This document shows positions 1 to 12,979 of a stretch of 64,000 nt of DNA, one piece after another (position 1 is the stretch's first letter; each line of letters starts with the position of its first letter). The stretch comes from Mobula hypostoma (Eukaryota), in NCBI RefSeq assembly GCF_963921235.1, contig NC_086097.1:50098001-50162000 (forward strand), given 5' to 3'. The notes beneath the pieces are model-generated. The model saw only the letters and a list, made by a program, of their open reading frames with translations, made no database searches and was not told where the DNA came from. The position numbers were made by a program, and so were the translations under genes.

Positions 1-175
1 AGCTGTATCAGTCTCTGCCATTCCTTTAGGTTCATCAGATGCGTGGAGAGGGGGAGCTTGTTACATGGGCAACAGCCTGCTCTCCATATCATACTGCCCA
101 AGCTTGCATATCTAAATGGCTAGGACGCAATATCCGTGGTTAACTCCGACCGATGGAGACCTCAGATAGACAGAT
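1..175 (+). mobile_element. 3' part of a non-autonomous RTE-like retroelement, same family as 25421-26015
   Basis: Matches the reverse complement of ~25430-25600; ends in a short gata/gaca tail. Confidence 0.7.
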
Positions 176-289
176 GTTATGTCACATCATACAGGAATGA
201 ATACCACTTCACATGTGGTGTTCTCAACCTTATTTTGAATGAAAGTACCAAATTTATACTGATTCTCACCAACACTGAGGAAGAAAGAA

Positions 290-925
290 GCATACTTGAG
301 GTTTAAGAAACAAGGATCAAACAGGGCTCTAGAGAGCATTCGTAAGAAAAGACTTAGGAGAGCTATAAGGGAGGATGAGAAAGCTTTGGTGAGAAGGATT
401 AAGGAAAGACCCAAGGTATTTTACATGTACATGAAGAACAAAAGGATAACTATAGTGAGGGTAGGACCGATCAGGAGTGAAAGAGGAAATAAGTGCCTGG
501 AGTCAGAGGAGAAGTGGGAGGTCCTTAATGAATACTTAGCTTCAGCATTCACCAGTGAGAGGGACATTGACAAATGCGAGGACAGTGTAAAGCAGGCTGA
601 TAAATTGGAATATGTCAATGATAAGAAAGAGGATGTGCTGGAACTTCTGAAAATATGAGGGTAGGTAAGTTCCTCCAGCATTTTACATGTGTTGCTTTGG
701 ATTCTCAGCATCTGCGGACTTTCTCATGTTTGGGACAGGTAAATCCCTGGGGCGGACAGGATATAACCTAAGTTACTACGGGAGAAGAGATTGCTCTGCC
801 TTTGATGATAATCTTTGCATCCTCACTGGCCAGAAGAGTAGTACCAGAAGATTGGAAGATGACAAATGTTATTCCTTTGTTCAGGAAAGGTATTAGGAAT
901 AATCCTGCAAATTATAGACAGTGAG
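290..925 (+). mobile_element. CR1 LINE ORF2 fragment with a ~65-bp Penelope-type tail inserted at ~669-731
   Basis: ORF 296-658 (IKERPKVFYMY...VLNEYLASAFT) is CR1 tether-like; the insert ttcctccagcatttt...cagcatctgc recurs across the window. Confidence 0.8.
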
Positions 926-929
926 CATT

Positions 930-3320
930 AGAGTCATAGAAAAGTACAGCAAATTGGTCCTTCCGCCCATCTAGTCAGTGCTGAACCATTTAAACTGTCT
1001 ACTCCCATCGATCAACACCGGGACCGTAGCCCTCCATACCCCTACCATCCATGTATCTGTCCAAACTTCTCTCAAATTTTGAAGTTTAGCTTGCATGCAC
1101 CACTTGTGCTGGCAGCTTGTTCCATACTCTGATGACCCTCTGAGTGAAGAAGATTCCCCTCATGTTTCCCTTAAACTTTTCACCTTTCACCCTTAGTCCA
1201 TAACCTCTGGTTGTAGTCCCACCTGATCTCAGTGGAAAAAGCTTGCTTGCATTCACCCTATCTCTATCCCTCATAATTTTGTACACCTCTGTCAAATCTC
1301 CCCTCAATCTTCTACGTTCCAAGGAATGAAGTCCTATTCTATTTAATCTTTCCTTATAACTCAGGTCCTCCAAACCCTGCAACATGCTTGTAAATTCTCT
1401 CTGTACTCTTTCAATGCTATTTACATTTTTCTTGCAGGCAGGTGACCAAAACTACACAATACTTCAAATTAGGCCTCACCAATGTCTTGTGCAATTTCAA
1501 CATAATATCTTATCTCCCGTATTCAATACTTTGATTTACGTGCCAATGTGCCGAAAGCTTTCTTTATGACTCTATCTACCTGTGACACCACTTTCAATTA
1601 ATTATAGACATGTATTCCCACATTCCTTTGGTCCACCACACTCCTCAGTGCCCTACTGTTCAGTGTATAAGACCTACCCTGGTTGGTCCTACCTAGCTGC
1701 AACACCTGTCTCTATCAAATTCCAACTGTCCATTTTTTCAGTTGGTCCAGATCCCACTGCAAACCATTATAGCCTTCCTCCCTGTCCACTACACCCCCAA
1801 ACATTCACAAATTTGCTGATCTAGTTAACCACATTATCATCCAGATCGTTAACATAGATGATAAACAACAATGGACCTAGCACCGATCTCTGTGGCACTC
1901 CACTAGTCACAGGCCTCCAGTCAGAGAGATAACCATCTACCACCTCTCTCTCTGGTTTCTCCCACAAAGCCATTCTCAAATCCAAATGCGACGGAACCTT
2001 CTTGACCAATCTGCCATGTGAGACCTTGTCAAATGCTTTGCTAAAGTCCATGTAGACAACATCCACTGCCTTGCTTTCATCAACTTTCCTGGTAACTTCC
2101 TCAAAAAAGCTCCATAAGACTGGTTAGACACAATCTACCACCCATGAAGCTATGCTGTCTATCCTTAATCAGTCCATGTCTATCCAAATACTTATATATC
2201 CTGTCCCTTAGAATACCTTCCAATAACTTTCCCACTACTAGTGGCAGGATCACTAGCCTATAATTTCCTGGTATATTCTTAGAGACTTTCTTGAACAGCA
2301 GAACAGCATTAGCTATCCTCCAATCCTCTGGTACTTCACCTGTCGCTAAGAATTATTTAAATATCTCTGCTAGGGCTCTGACAATTTCTGCACTTGCCTG
2401 CTTCAGGGTTGAAAGGAACCCTGGGGACAAACTCCCTGGGGATTTATCCACCCTAATTTGACTCAGGACAGCAAATACCTTCCTCTTTTGCAATCTGTAT
2501 GGGGTCTGTGAAGTTGATGCTGCTTTGCCTGACTTCTATAGACTCTGTGTCTGTCTCCTGAGTAAATACAGATACAAAATATTCATTTAAGATCTTCCCT
2601 ATTTCTTTTGGCTCCACACATGGATTACCATTCTGATCTTCCAGAGGACCAATTTTGTTCCTTGAAATCCTTTTGCTCTTAACATTTCTGCTGAATTCTG
2701 TAGGGTTCTCCTTCACCTTGTCCGCTAAGTCAACCTCATGCTGCCTTTTAGCCCTCTTGATTTCCTGAAGTGTTCCCTTACATTTCTTGTACTCCATAGT
2801 GCCTCATTTGTTCCTACCTGCCTATACCTGCTATGCACCTCCTTTTTTTTCTTAACCAGGGCCTAAATATCTCTTGAAAATGAAGGTTCCCCACTCCTCT
2901 TATTTTTATCTTTTATTCTGACAGGCACATACAAGCTTTGTACTCTCAAAATTTCACTTTTGAAGGCCTCCCATTTACCAAGTACACCTTTGCTAGAAAA
3001 CAGCCTGTACCAATCCACTCTTGCCGGATCATTTCTGATACCATCAAAATTGGCTTTTCTCCAATCTAAAATCTCAACCCATGGACCAGACCTATCTTTT
3101 TGCATATTTACTTTGAAGCTAATGGCATTGTGATCACTAGATGCAAAGTGTTATCCTACACAAACTTCTGTCACCTGCCCTAGCTCAATCCCTAATAGCA
3201 GATCAAGTATTTCACATTCTCTTGTTGGGACTTCTATGTACTGATTAAGGAAACTATCCTGAACAATCTGCCATACCCTATCCCATCTAGTCCTTTTAGA
3301 ATATGGGAGTCCCAGTAAAT
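930..3320 (-). mobile_element. Decayed CR1 LINE, from the APE region to the 3' end
   Basis: ORF pieces [28 protein letters not shown] and LERRRLRGDL; CR1 3' tail near 930. Confidence 0.9.
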
Positions 3321-6300
3321 ATCGTATTTTGCCTCCCAGGTGCCAGGGTCCGGGATGTTTCTGACTGCGTCCACGATATCCTGAAGTGGAAAGGAGAACA
3401 GTCAGAGATTGTGCTACATATTGGTACCAATGATACAGGTAGGAAAAGGGAGGAGGTCCTGAAAACAGACTACAGGGAAATAGGAAGGAAGTTGGGAAGC
3501 AGGACCACAAAGGTAGTAATCTCGGGATTACTGCCTGTGGCACGTGACAGTGAGTATAGGAATAGAGTGAGGCAGAGGATAAATGCGTGGCTGAGAGATT
3601 GGAGCAGGGGACAGAGATTCAGATTTCTGGATCATTGCGACCTCTTCTGGGGCAGGAGTGACCTGTACAAGAAGGATGGGTTGCACTTGAATCCCAGGGG
3701 GACCAATATCCTGGCAGGGAGGTTTGCTAAGGCTATTGGGGAGAGTTTAAACTAGCATTGCGGGGGGGGGGGCGGTGGGAACCAAACTGAAGAGACGGAG
3801 GAAGAGGCAGTTGGCTCACAAATAGAGAAAGCTCGGAGACACTGCAAGAGGGAAGATAGGCAGGTGATAGAGAAGGGACGCGCTCAGACCGATGGTTTGA
3901 GATGTGTCTATTTTAATGCAAGGAGTATTATGAACAAAGTGGATGAGCTTAGGGTGTGGATCGGTACTTGGAGCTATGATGTTGTGGCCATTACAGAGAC
4001 TTGGATGGCTCAGAGGCAGGGATGGTTACTTCGAGTGCCAGGCTTTAGATGTTTCAGAAAGGAGAGGGAGCGAGGCAAAAGAGGTGGGGGCGTGGCACTG
4101 CTGATCAGAGATAGTGCCATGGCTGCAGAAAAAGAGGAAGACATGGAGGGACTGTCTACGGAGTCTCTGTGAGTGGAAGTTAGGAACAGGAAGGGGTCAA
4201 TAACCCTACTGGGTGTTTTTTTATAGACCACCCAATAGTAATAGGGACATCAAGGAGCAGATAGGGAGACAGATTCTGGAAAGATGTAATAATAACAGGG
4301 TGGTTGTGATAGGAAATTTTAATTTCCCAAATATTGATTGGCATCTCCCTAGAGCGAGGGGTTTAGATGTGGTGGAGTTTGTTAGGTGTGTTCAGGAAGG
4401 TTCCTTGACACAATATGTGGATAAACCTACAAGAGGAGAGGCTGTACTTGATCTGGTATTGGGAAATGAACCTGGTCAGGTGTCAGATCTCACAGTGGGA
4501 GAGCATTTTGGAGATAGTGATGAGAATTCTATCTCCTTTACCATAGCATTGGAGAGGGATAGGAACAGACAAGTTAGGAAAGCGTTTAATTGGAGTAAGG
4601 GGAAATATGAGGTTATCAGGCAGGAACTTGGAAGCATAAATTGGGAACAGATGTACTCAGGGAAATGTATGGAAGAAATGTGGCAAATGTTCAGAGGATA
4701 TTTGTGTGGAGTTCTGCATAGGTACACTCCAATGAGACAGGGAAAGCATGGTAGGGTACAGGAACCGTGGTGTACAAAGGCTGTTGTAAATCTAGTCAAG
4801 AAGAAAAGAAGAACTTATGAAAGGTTCAAAAAACTAGATAATGATAGAGATCTAGAAGATTATAAGGCTAGCAGGAAGGAATTTAAGAATGAAATTTGGA
4901 GAGCCAGAACAGGCCATGAGAAGGCCTTGGCAGATAGTATCAAGGAAAACCCCAAGGCATTCTAAAAGTATGTGAAGAGCAAGAGGATAAGATAAGAGAG
5001 AATAGGGCCAATCAAGTGTGACAGTGGAAAAGTGTGTATAGAACCAGAGGAGATAACAAAGGTACTTAATGAGTACGTTGCTTCAGTATTCACTACAGAA
5101 AATGATCTTGGCAATTGTAGGGATGATTTTCAGCGGACTGAAAAGCTTGAACATGTAGATATTAAGAAAAAGGATGTGCTGGAGCTTTTGGAAAGCATCA
5201 AGTTGGATAAGTCAGCGGGACTGGACAAGATGTAACCCAGGCTACTGTGGGAGGCGAGGAAGAAGATTGCTGAGCCTCTGGTGATGATTTTTGCATCATC
5301 AATGGGGATGGGAGAGGTTCTAGAGGATTGGAGGGTTGCGGATCTTGTTCCCTTATTCAAAAAAGGGAGTAGAGATAGCCCAGGAAATTATAGACAGTAA
5401 GTCTTACCTCAGTGGTTGGTAAGTTGATGGAGAAGATCCTGAGAGGCAGGATTTATGAACACTTGGAGAGGCGTAATATGATTAGGAATAGTCAGCGTGG
5501 CTTTGTGAAAGACAGGTCATGCCTTACGAACCTGATTGATTTTTTTGAGGATGTGACTAAACACATTGATGAAGGTAGAGCAGTAGATGTAGTGTATATG
5601 GATTTCAGCAAGGCATTTGACTAGGTACCCCATGTAAGGCTTATTGAGAAAGTAAGGAGGCATGGGATCCAAAGGGACATTGCTTTGTGGATCCAGAACT
5701 GGCTTGCCCACAGAAGGCAAAGTGCTTGTTGTATTCTGCATGGAGGTCAGTGACCAGTAGTGTGCCTCAGGGATCTGTTCTGGGACTCCTACTCTTCGTG
5801 ATTTTTATAAATGACCTGGATGAGGAAGTGGAGGGATGGGTTAATAAATTTGCTGATGACACAAAGGTTGGGGGTATTGTGGATAGTGTGGAGGGCTGTC
5901 AGAGGTTACAGCGGGACATTGATAGGATGCAAAACTGGGCTGAGAAGGAGCAGATGGAGTTCATTTTGGTAGGTCAAATATGATGGCGGAATATAGTATT
6001 AGTGGTAAGACTCTTGGCAGTGTGGAGGATCAGAGAGATCTTGGGGTCCGAGTCCATAGGACACTCAAAGTTGCTGCGCAGGTTAACTCTGTGGTTAAGA
6101 AAGCATACGGTGCATTGGCCTTCATCAATCATAGGACTGAGTTTAGGAGCCAAGAGGTAATGTTGCAGCTATATAGGACCCTGATCAAACCCCACTTGGA
6201 GTACTGTGCTCAATTCTGGTTGCCTCAATACAGGAAGGATGTGGAAACCATAGAAACGGTGCAAAGGAGATTTACAAGGATGTTGCCTGGATTGGGGAGC

Positions 6301-6740
6301 ATGCCTTTTGAGAAAAGGTTGAGTGAACTCAGCCTGTTTTCCTTGGAGCGACGGAGGATGAGAGGTGACCTGATAGAGGTGTATAAGATGATGAGAAGCA
6401 TTGGTTGTGTGGATAGTCAGATGCTTTTTCCCAGGGCTGAAATGGCTAGCACAAGAGGACACAGTTTTAAGATGCTTGGAAGTAGGTACAGAGGAGATGT
6501 CAGGGGTAAGTTTTTTACACAGAGAGTGGTGAGTGCGTGGAATGGGCTGCCAGCAACAGTGGTGGAGGCGTATGCGATAGGGTCTTTTAAGAGATTCCTG
6601 GACAGATACATGGAGCTCAGAAAAATAGAGGGCTATGGGTAATCTGAGGTAATTTCTAAGGTAAGGACATGTTCGGCACAGCTTTGTGGGCTGGAGGGCC
6701 TGTATTGTGCTGTCGGTTTTCTATGTTTGTATGTTTCTAA
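3321..6740 (+). mobile_element. Near-complete CR1 LINE: ORF1 SGNH-esterase part (to 3755) and ORF2 APE + RT (3864-6642), broken by stops and frameshifts
   Basis: HIGTND...DGLHLN esterase motifs; YFNARSI, VAITETW, YRPPN (APE); [14 protein letters not shown] (RT); (ttctatgt)-like tail. Confidence 0.95.
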
Positions 6741-7202
6741 TATGTGGAAAGTTAAAATCAGCTGCTATAACAGCCTCCTATTTCTTGCAACAGTCTGCGA
6801 TCTCTCTACAGATTTGTTCCTCTAGATCCCTTGGACTGTTGGGTGGTCTGTATTATAGCCTTATTAATGTGGTCATAGCTTTCTTATTTCTAAGTTTCAC
6901 ACATAACACCTCACCAAACGAGATCTCCATTCTGTCCTAACTGAGCACTGCTGTGACATTTTTCCCTGATTATTAACACCACCTATCCTCCTTTAATCCC
7001 TCCCACACTGTCATGTGTAAAACAATGGAACCCCACAATACTGAGCAGCCAGTCCTGCCCCTCCTGTAACTAAATCTCACTAGTGCCAACAATATTATAA
7101 TTCCAGGATTTTGATCCATGCCCTGAGCTCATATGCCTTTCCAACAATACTTCTTGCATTGGAATATACACAGCTCAGAATACTAGTAGCACCATGCTCA
7201 AC

Positions 7203-8712
7203 CTTTATACTTTATACTTTATTGTCACCAGACAATTGATACTAGAACGTACAATCATCACAGCGATATTTGATTCTGCGCTTCCCACTCCCTAGAGTAC
7301 AGATCGATAGTAAATATTAAAAATTTAAATTATAAATCATAAATAGAAAATGGAAAGTAAGGTTGTGCAAAAAAAACCGAGAGGCAGGTCCAGATATTTG
7401 GAGGGTACAGCCCAGATCCGGGTTAGGATCCGTTCAGCAGTCTTATCACAGTTGGAAAGAAGCTGTTCCCAAATCTGGCCGTATGAGTTTTCAAGCTCCT
7501 GAGCCTTCTCCCGGAGGGAAGAGGGACGAAAAGTGTGTTGGCTGGGTGGGTCATGTCCTTGATATCCTGGCAGCACTGCTCTGACAGCATGCGGTGTAAA
7601 GTGAGTCCAAGAACGGAAGAATAGTTTGTGTGATGTGCTGCGCTGTGTTCACAATCTTCTGAAGTTTCTTCCGGTCTTGGACAGGACAACTTCCATACCA
7701 GGTTGTGATGCATTCTACGGTGCATCTATAAAAATTAGTGAGGGTTTTAGGGGACGGGCCAAATTTCTTTAGTTTTCTTGGGAAGTAAAGGCGCTGGTGT
7801 GCCTTCTCGGCAGTGGATTCTGCTTGTTTGGACCAAGTCAGGTCATTTGTGATATTGACCCCAAGGAACTTAAAGCTTTCGACCTGTTCCACTTGCGCAC
7901 CACCGATGTAAATTGGGTCGTGCGGTCCGCTACTCCTTCTGAAGTCAACAACCAATTCCTTCGTCTTGCTGATGTTGAGGGATAGGTTATTGTCTTCGCA
8001 CCATGCCACCAGGTTCTTAATTTCCTCTCTGTACTCAAACTCATCATTACCCAAGATACAGCCTACAATTGTTGTGTCATCAGCAAACTTATATATTGAG
8101 TCGATGGAAACTTGGCTACACAATCATGGGTGTACAGTGAGTACAGCAGGGGGCTGAGTACACAGCCTTGTGGGGCACCATTGCTCAGAGTGATTGTAGA
8201 GGAAGTTTGTCCCCTATTTTTACAGCCTGGGTCCTGTCTGTGAGGAAGTTGAAGATCCAGCTGCAGATCTGAGTGCTAAGTCCCAGGTTCCAGAGCTTAG
8301 GAATCAGTTTATTTGGAATGATGGTATTAAAGGCAGAGCTGTAGTCAATGAAAAGGAGCCTTACGTATACGTCTTTATTCTCCAGGTGTTCTAAGGAGGA
8401 ATATAGAGCCAGAGAGATGGCATCTGCCGTTGACCTGTTGCTCTGGTAGGCAAATTGCAAAGCATCAGGGTTGACCGGTAGGCTGTGGTTGATGTGTGCC
8501 ATAACCAATTGCTCAAAGCACTTCATAGCAATTGATGTCAGAGCCACAGGTCGATAGTCATTCAGGCATGCCACCTTGCTCTTCTTCGGCACCGGGATTA
8601 TCGTTGCCTTCTTAAAACACGAGGGGATCTTAGACTGAAGCAAGGAGCAGTTGAAGATGTCAGCAAACACTCCAGCTAGCTCGTTTGCACAGGCCCGGCG
8701 AACCCGTCCTGA
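7203..8712 (-). mobile_element. 5'-truncated Rex1/Babar LINE, inserted into an older CR1-type fragment (~6760-7200 and 8713-8780)
   Basis: ORFs with [51 protein letters not shown] and KTKELVVDFRR; (ataaagt)n tail. Confidence 0.9.
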
Positions 8713-9492
8713 CTTTTGATTCATGACTTTGTGTGAGGTCTTAATAACATCTGACTCCACAACCTCTACACTAACTATTTTACATACACTGTAAAAGAGA
8801 GGTGAAAGTGGATATAGGATCACTGGAAAACAATGCTGGCAAGGTAGTAATGGGGGACAACAAAATACCAGATGAACTGAATAGGTATCTTGCATCAGTC
8901 TTCTCTGTGAAAGACACTAGCGGTATGGTGTAAGTTCCTGCCGTATGGTGTAAGTTCCAGCAGTCAGGGGTCATGAAGTGTGTGAAATTACCATAACTAG
9001 AGAGAAAGTCCTTGGGGAACTGAAAGTCTGAAGGTAGATAAGTCACCTGGACCAGATGGTGTACATCCAAGAGTTCCGAAAGGGGTTACTGAAAAGATCG
9101 TGGAGGCATTCGTAATGATTTTTCAAGAATCACTAGATTCTGAAATAGTTCCATAAGACTGGTAAGTTGCAAATGTCACTCCACTCTACAAGAAGGGAGA
9201 GAGGCAGAAGAAAGGAATGTATAGGCCAGTTATTCTGACCTCAGTGGCTGGGAAGATGTTGGAGTCGATTGTTAAGGATGAGGTCTCAGAGTACTTGGAG
9301 GCACATGATAGAATAGGCCATAGTCAGCATGGCTTCCTCAGGGAAAATCTTGCCTGACAAATCTGTTGAAATTCTTTGAAGAAATAACAAGTAGGATAAA
9401 CAAGGAGAATCAGATGATGTGTACTTAGATTTTCAGAAGGCCTTTGACAAGTTGCCACACAAGAGGCTGCTTAACAAGCTACGAGCCCATGG

Positions 9493-9585
9493 CAGACATC
9501 CCACCCTGCAAAAACTCATTTCAAGGAGGTAGCACCATCAATTTGCGGGAGACTCCCGGAACTTCCAGGAGAGGTGGGACGTCTG
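9493..9585. mobile_element. 93-bp MITE with TIR CAGACATCCCACC and 6-bp TSD CCATGG
   Basis: ccatgg|cagacatcccacc...ggtgggacgtctg|ccatgg; interrupts the CR1 RT. Confidence 0.9.
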
Positions 9586-10329
9586 CCATGGTAGTACAGA
9601 AAAGATTCTAGCATGGATAAAGCAGTGGTTGATTGGTAGGGGGCAAAGACTGGGAATAAAGGGAGCCTTTTCTGTTTGGCTGCTGGTGACTAGTGGTATT
9701 CCACAGGGTTCTGTGTCGGGTCCAATTCTTTTTACATAATATGTCAATGATTTGGATAATAGAATGGATGCTTTTGTTACAACATTTGCTGATGATATGA
9801 AGATAGGTGGAGGGTCGGGTAGTTTTCAGGAAGTAGAGAGGCTACCGAAGGACTTAGACAGATTAGTTAAATGGGCAACAAAATGGCAGATGGAATACGG
9901 TGTCAGGAAATGTATGGTCATGCACTTTAGGTGAAAAAATGAAAGGGTTAGCTAGTTTCTAAATGGAAAGAGAATACAAAAAGAGATGCAAAAGGACTTG
10001 GAAGTCCATGTGCAAGAGTCCCTAAAGGTTAATTTGTAAGTTGATTCTGTGATGAGGAAGGCAAGTGCAATGTTAGCATTCATTTCAAGAGGAATAGAAT
10101 ATAAAAGTAAGGATGTAACTTTATAAAGATATGGTGAGGCCTCACTGGGAGTATTGTGAGCAGGTTTGGGCCCCTCATCTTTAAAAAGAGACGTGCTGAA
10201 AATGGAGAGGGTTCAAAGGAGATTCCCGAAAATGATTCCAGGATTGAATGGTTTGTCATCTGAAGAGAGGTTTTGATGGCTCTAGGCCTGTATTCACAAG
10301 AATTCAGAAGAATTAGGGGTGACTAAATT

Positions 10330-11816
10330 CAGCTTAATGATTAAATTTGGCTTTTTTGACACTGATCAACAGAAAAAGACTTTTTCATGTCAAGGTGAAA
10401 ACAAATCTTTACAAAGTGATCTAAATTAATTATACATATAAAACACAATATAATTGATTGCATAAGTATTCACCCCCTTTAATATGACACACCAAATCAT
10501 CACTGCTGCAGACAATTGGTTTTAGAAATCACATCTTAGTTAAATGGTTATCACCTGTGTGCAGTCATGTTTCAATAGATTGTAATAAAAATACACCTGT
10601 ATCTGGAAGGTTCACCTGCTGCTAAGTCAGTATCCTGGCAAAACTATACATGAAGATACAGGAACTCTCAAACAACTCCATGAAAGGATTATTGAAAAGT
10701 ACAAGTCAGGAGATGGATACAAGAAAATTTCAGTCACTGAATATTCCTTGGGTACAGTTAAGTCAATCATCAAGAAATGGAAAGAATATGGCACAGCTGT
10801 AAATTTGCCTAGAGCAGGCCATCCTCAAAAACGGAGTGACCATGCAAGAAGGGGACTCGTGAGGTACGCTACCAGGAGACCTATGGCAACCCTAGAGTTT
10901 CGAGCTTCAGTGTCTGAGATGGGAGAGACTACACATACAGTAACTTCTGCCCATGTGCTTCACCAGTCACAGATTTATGGGAGAGTGGTAAAGAGAAAGC
11001 ACTGCTGAAAAAAAAACTCACATTAAATCTCAGCTAGGATTTGCCAGAAGGCATATGGGGGGACTCTGAAGTCAGCTGGAAGAGGGTTCCAGTGTCTGAT
11101 GAAACCAAAATTGAGATTTATAGCTATCAGTCTAAACACTAACATCACACATCATCAAAAACACACCATCCCTACTGTAAAGCATGGTGGTGGGTGCATC
11201 ATGCTGTGGGAATGAATACAGCAAAATACAGGGAACTCCTGGAGGTAAACCTGATGCAGTCTGCAAGAAATCTACAATTTGGGAGATTTGTTTTCTAGCA
11301 GGATAATGACCCTAAGCATAAAGCCAAAGCTACACGGGCATGGCTTAAAAACAACAAAGTTAATGTCCTGGTGTGGCTGTCAGAATCCAGATCTCAATCC
11401 AGCTGAGAATTTTTGACCGGACCTGGAAAGGGCTGTTCACTCACGATCCCCATGCAACCTGACAGAGCTTGAGCAGTTTTGTAAAGAAGAATGGGGAAGA
11501 ATTGCAGTATCCAGGTTTGCAAAGCTGATAGAGACCTGTATACACAGACTCAAAGCTTTAATTGCTCCCAAAGGTGCATCTACTAAATATTGACTTGAAG
11601 GGGGTGAGTAATTATGCAATCAATTATCTTGTGTTAAACAATTGTAATAAATTTAGATCAATTTGTAGGAATTTGTTTTCACTTTGACATGAAAGAGTCT
11701 TTTCTGTTGATCAGTGTCCAAAAAAGCCAAGTTAAATCCACTGTGATTCATTGTTGTGAAACAATAAAACATGAAATCTAAAGGGGTGAATACTTTATAT
11801 AAATTTATAGGCACTA
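10330..11816 (+). mobile_element. Tc1-type DNA transposon with long IR/DR-like TIRs and a dead transposase (~10650-11593); outer part of the left TIR deleted
   Basis: Motifs SDETKIE (11092-11115), QDNDPKH (11299-11319) and PDLNP.EN (~11387-11410); 10335-10480 is inverted at 11595-11740; ends ggcacta|ta. Confidence 0.92.
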
Positions 11817-11989
11817 TATATTTAAGGCAGGGGTTGATAGATTCTTGATTGGTCAGGACTTGAAAGGATATGGGGAGAAGGCAGGAGACTGGGGCTGAGA
11901 GGAAAATTGGATCAATCACAATGAAATGGTGGAGCAGACTTGATGGGCCAAATAGCTTAATTCTGCTCCTATATCTTATGGTCTTATAA

Positions 11990-12975
11990 TGGCACTCTGG
12001 TTCCCATCTGTCTGTAACTATAGTTTAAACCCCACCATGCAGCACTAGTAAACTTTCTTTCTAGGATATTAGTTTCCTTCCAGTTCAGGTGCAAATTTTC
12101 TCTTCTGTCCAGGTCCCAGCTTCCCTGGAAGAGAGCCCAGTGATCCAAAAATTTTATGTCCTCCCTCCTACACCAACTCCTTAGCCACATATTACACTGT
12201 ATAATCTTCCTATTTCTGGCCTCACTTGCAAGTGGTATGGGTAGCTATCCTGTGATCACAACCCTGGAGGTCCTGCCGTTTTTTAACTTAGCACCTAACT
12301 CTCTGAACTCATTTGCAGAAGCTCGCCCCTCTTCCTATCTGTGTCATTGGTACCTTCATGGACATGACTTCTGGCTTTTCACCCTCTGACTTAAGAATGC
12401 TGAGGACTTGATCTGGGATGTCTTCAATCCTGACACCTGGGAGGCAACACACTATGGGGGAATCTCATTCTTGTCCGCAGGACCTACTCTCTGTTCCCCT
12501 AACTAACAAATCTCCTATCAACACAGCTCACCTCTTTTCCCCCCACCCCTTTGCTTCTGAGTTGCAGAGCCAGAATTAGTGCCAGAGACATGACCACAGT
12601 GATTTTCCTCTGTTAAGTCATCTCTCCCAACAGTACCCTCAACCTGATGTTGAGGGGGATGGCCACAGCGGTACTCTACACTGGCTGTTTAACCCATTCC
12701 CCTTCCTGACTGTCACCCAGTTTCCTGTGTCCTGCACCCTGTGTGTAACTATCTCTCTATATGTCCTATCTATCACTCCTCAGCCTCCCAAATGATCTGG
12801 AGTTCATCCAGTTTCAGCTCCAACTCATTAACATGGTGTGTTAGAAGCTGCGGCTGGATGGACCTTGCAGGTTTAGGACACTGAAGGTCTCCCTGCCTTC
12901 CCACATTCCACAGGAAGAGCATTCCACTATCCTGCCTGGCATTTCTTCTGTTCTAACTGAGCAAATATAAAGAAA
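11990..12975 (-). mobile_element. CR1 ORF1 (esterase) fragment
   Basis: ORF WLRSWCRREDIKFLDHWALF...LHLN is homologous to 3303-3755. Confidence 0.8.
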
Positions 12976-12979
12976 GTTA

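Larger units (their letters stand above)
8780..11985 (+). mobile_element. Decayed CR1 LINE (second subfamily), interrupted by a 93-bp MITE and a Tc1 element
   Basis: RT remnants (TTFADDMKIGG); the CR1 3' tail ...ctcctatatcttatggtctta resumes after the Tc1. Confidence 0.85.

Noticed and set aside
3303..6642. An active CR1 or a domesticated esterase gene
   Set aside because: ORF2 has multiple stops and frameshifts, ORF1 is 5'-truncated, and the SGNH esterase is a known CR1 ORF1 domain.
930..6740. Head-to-head CR1s as a twin-priming inversion
   Set aside because: Both halves contain the same ORF2 region and their own 3' tails and are diverged, so they are two separate copies.
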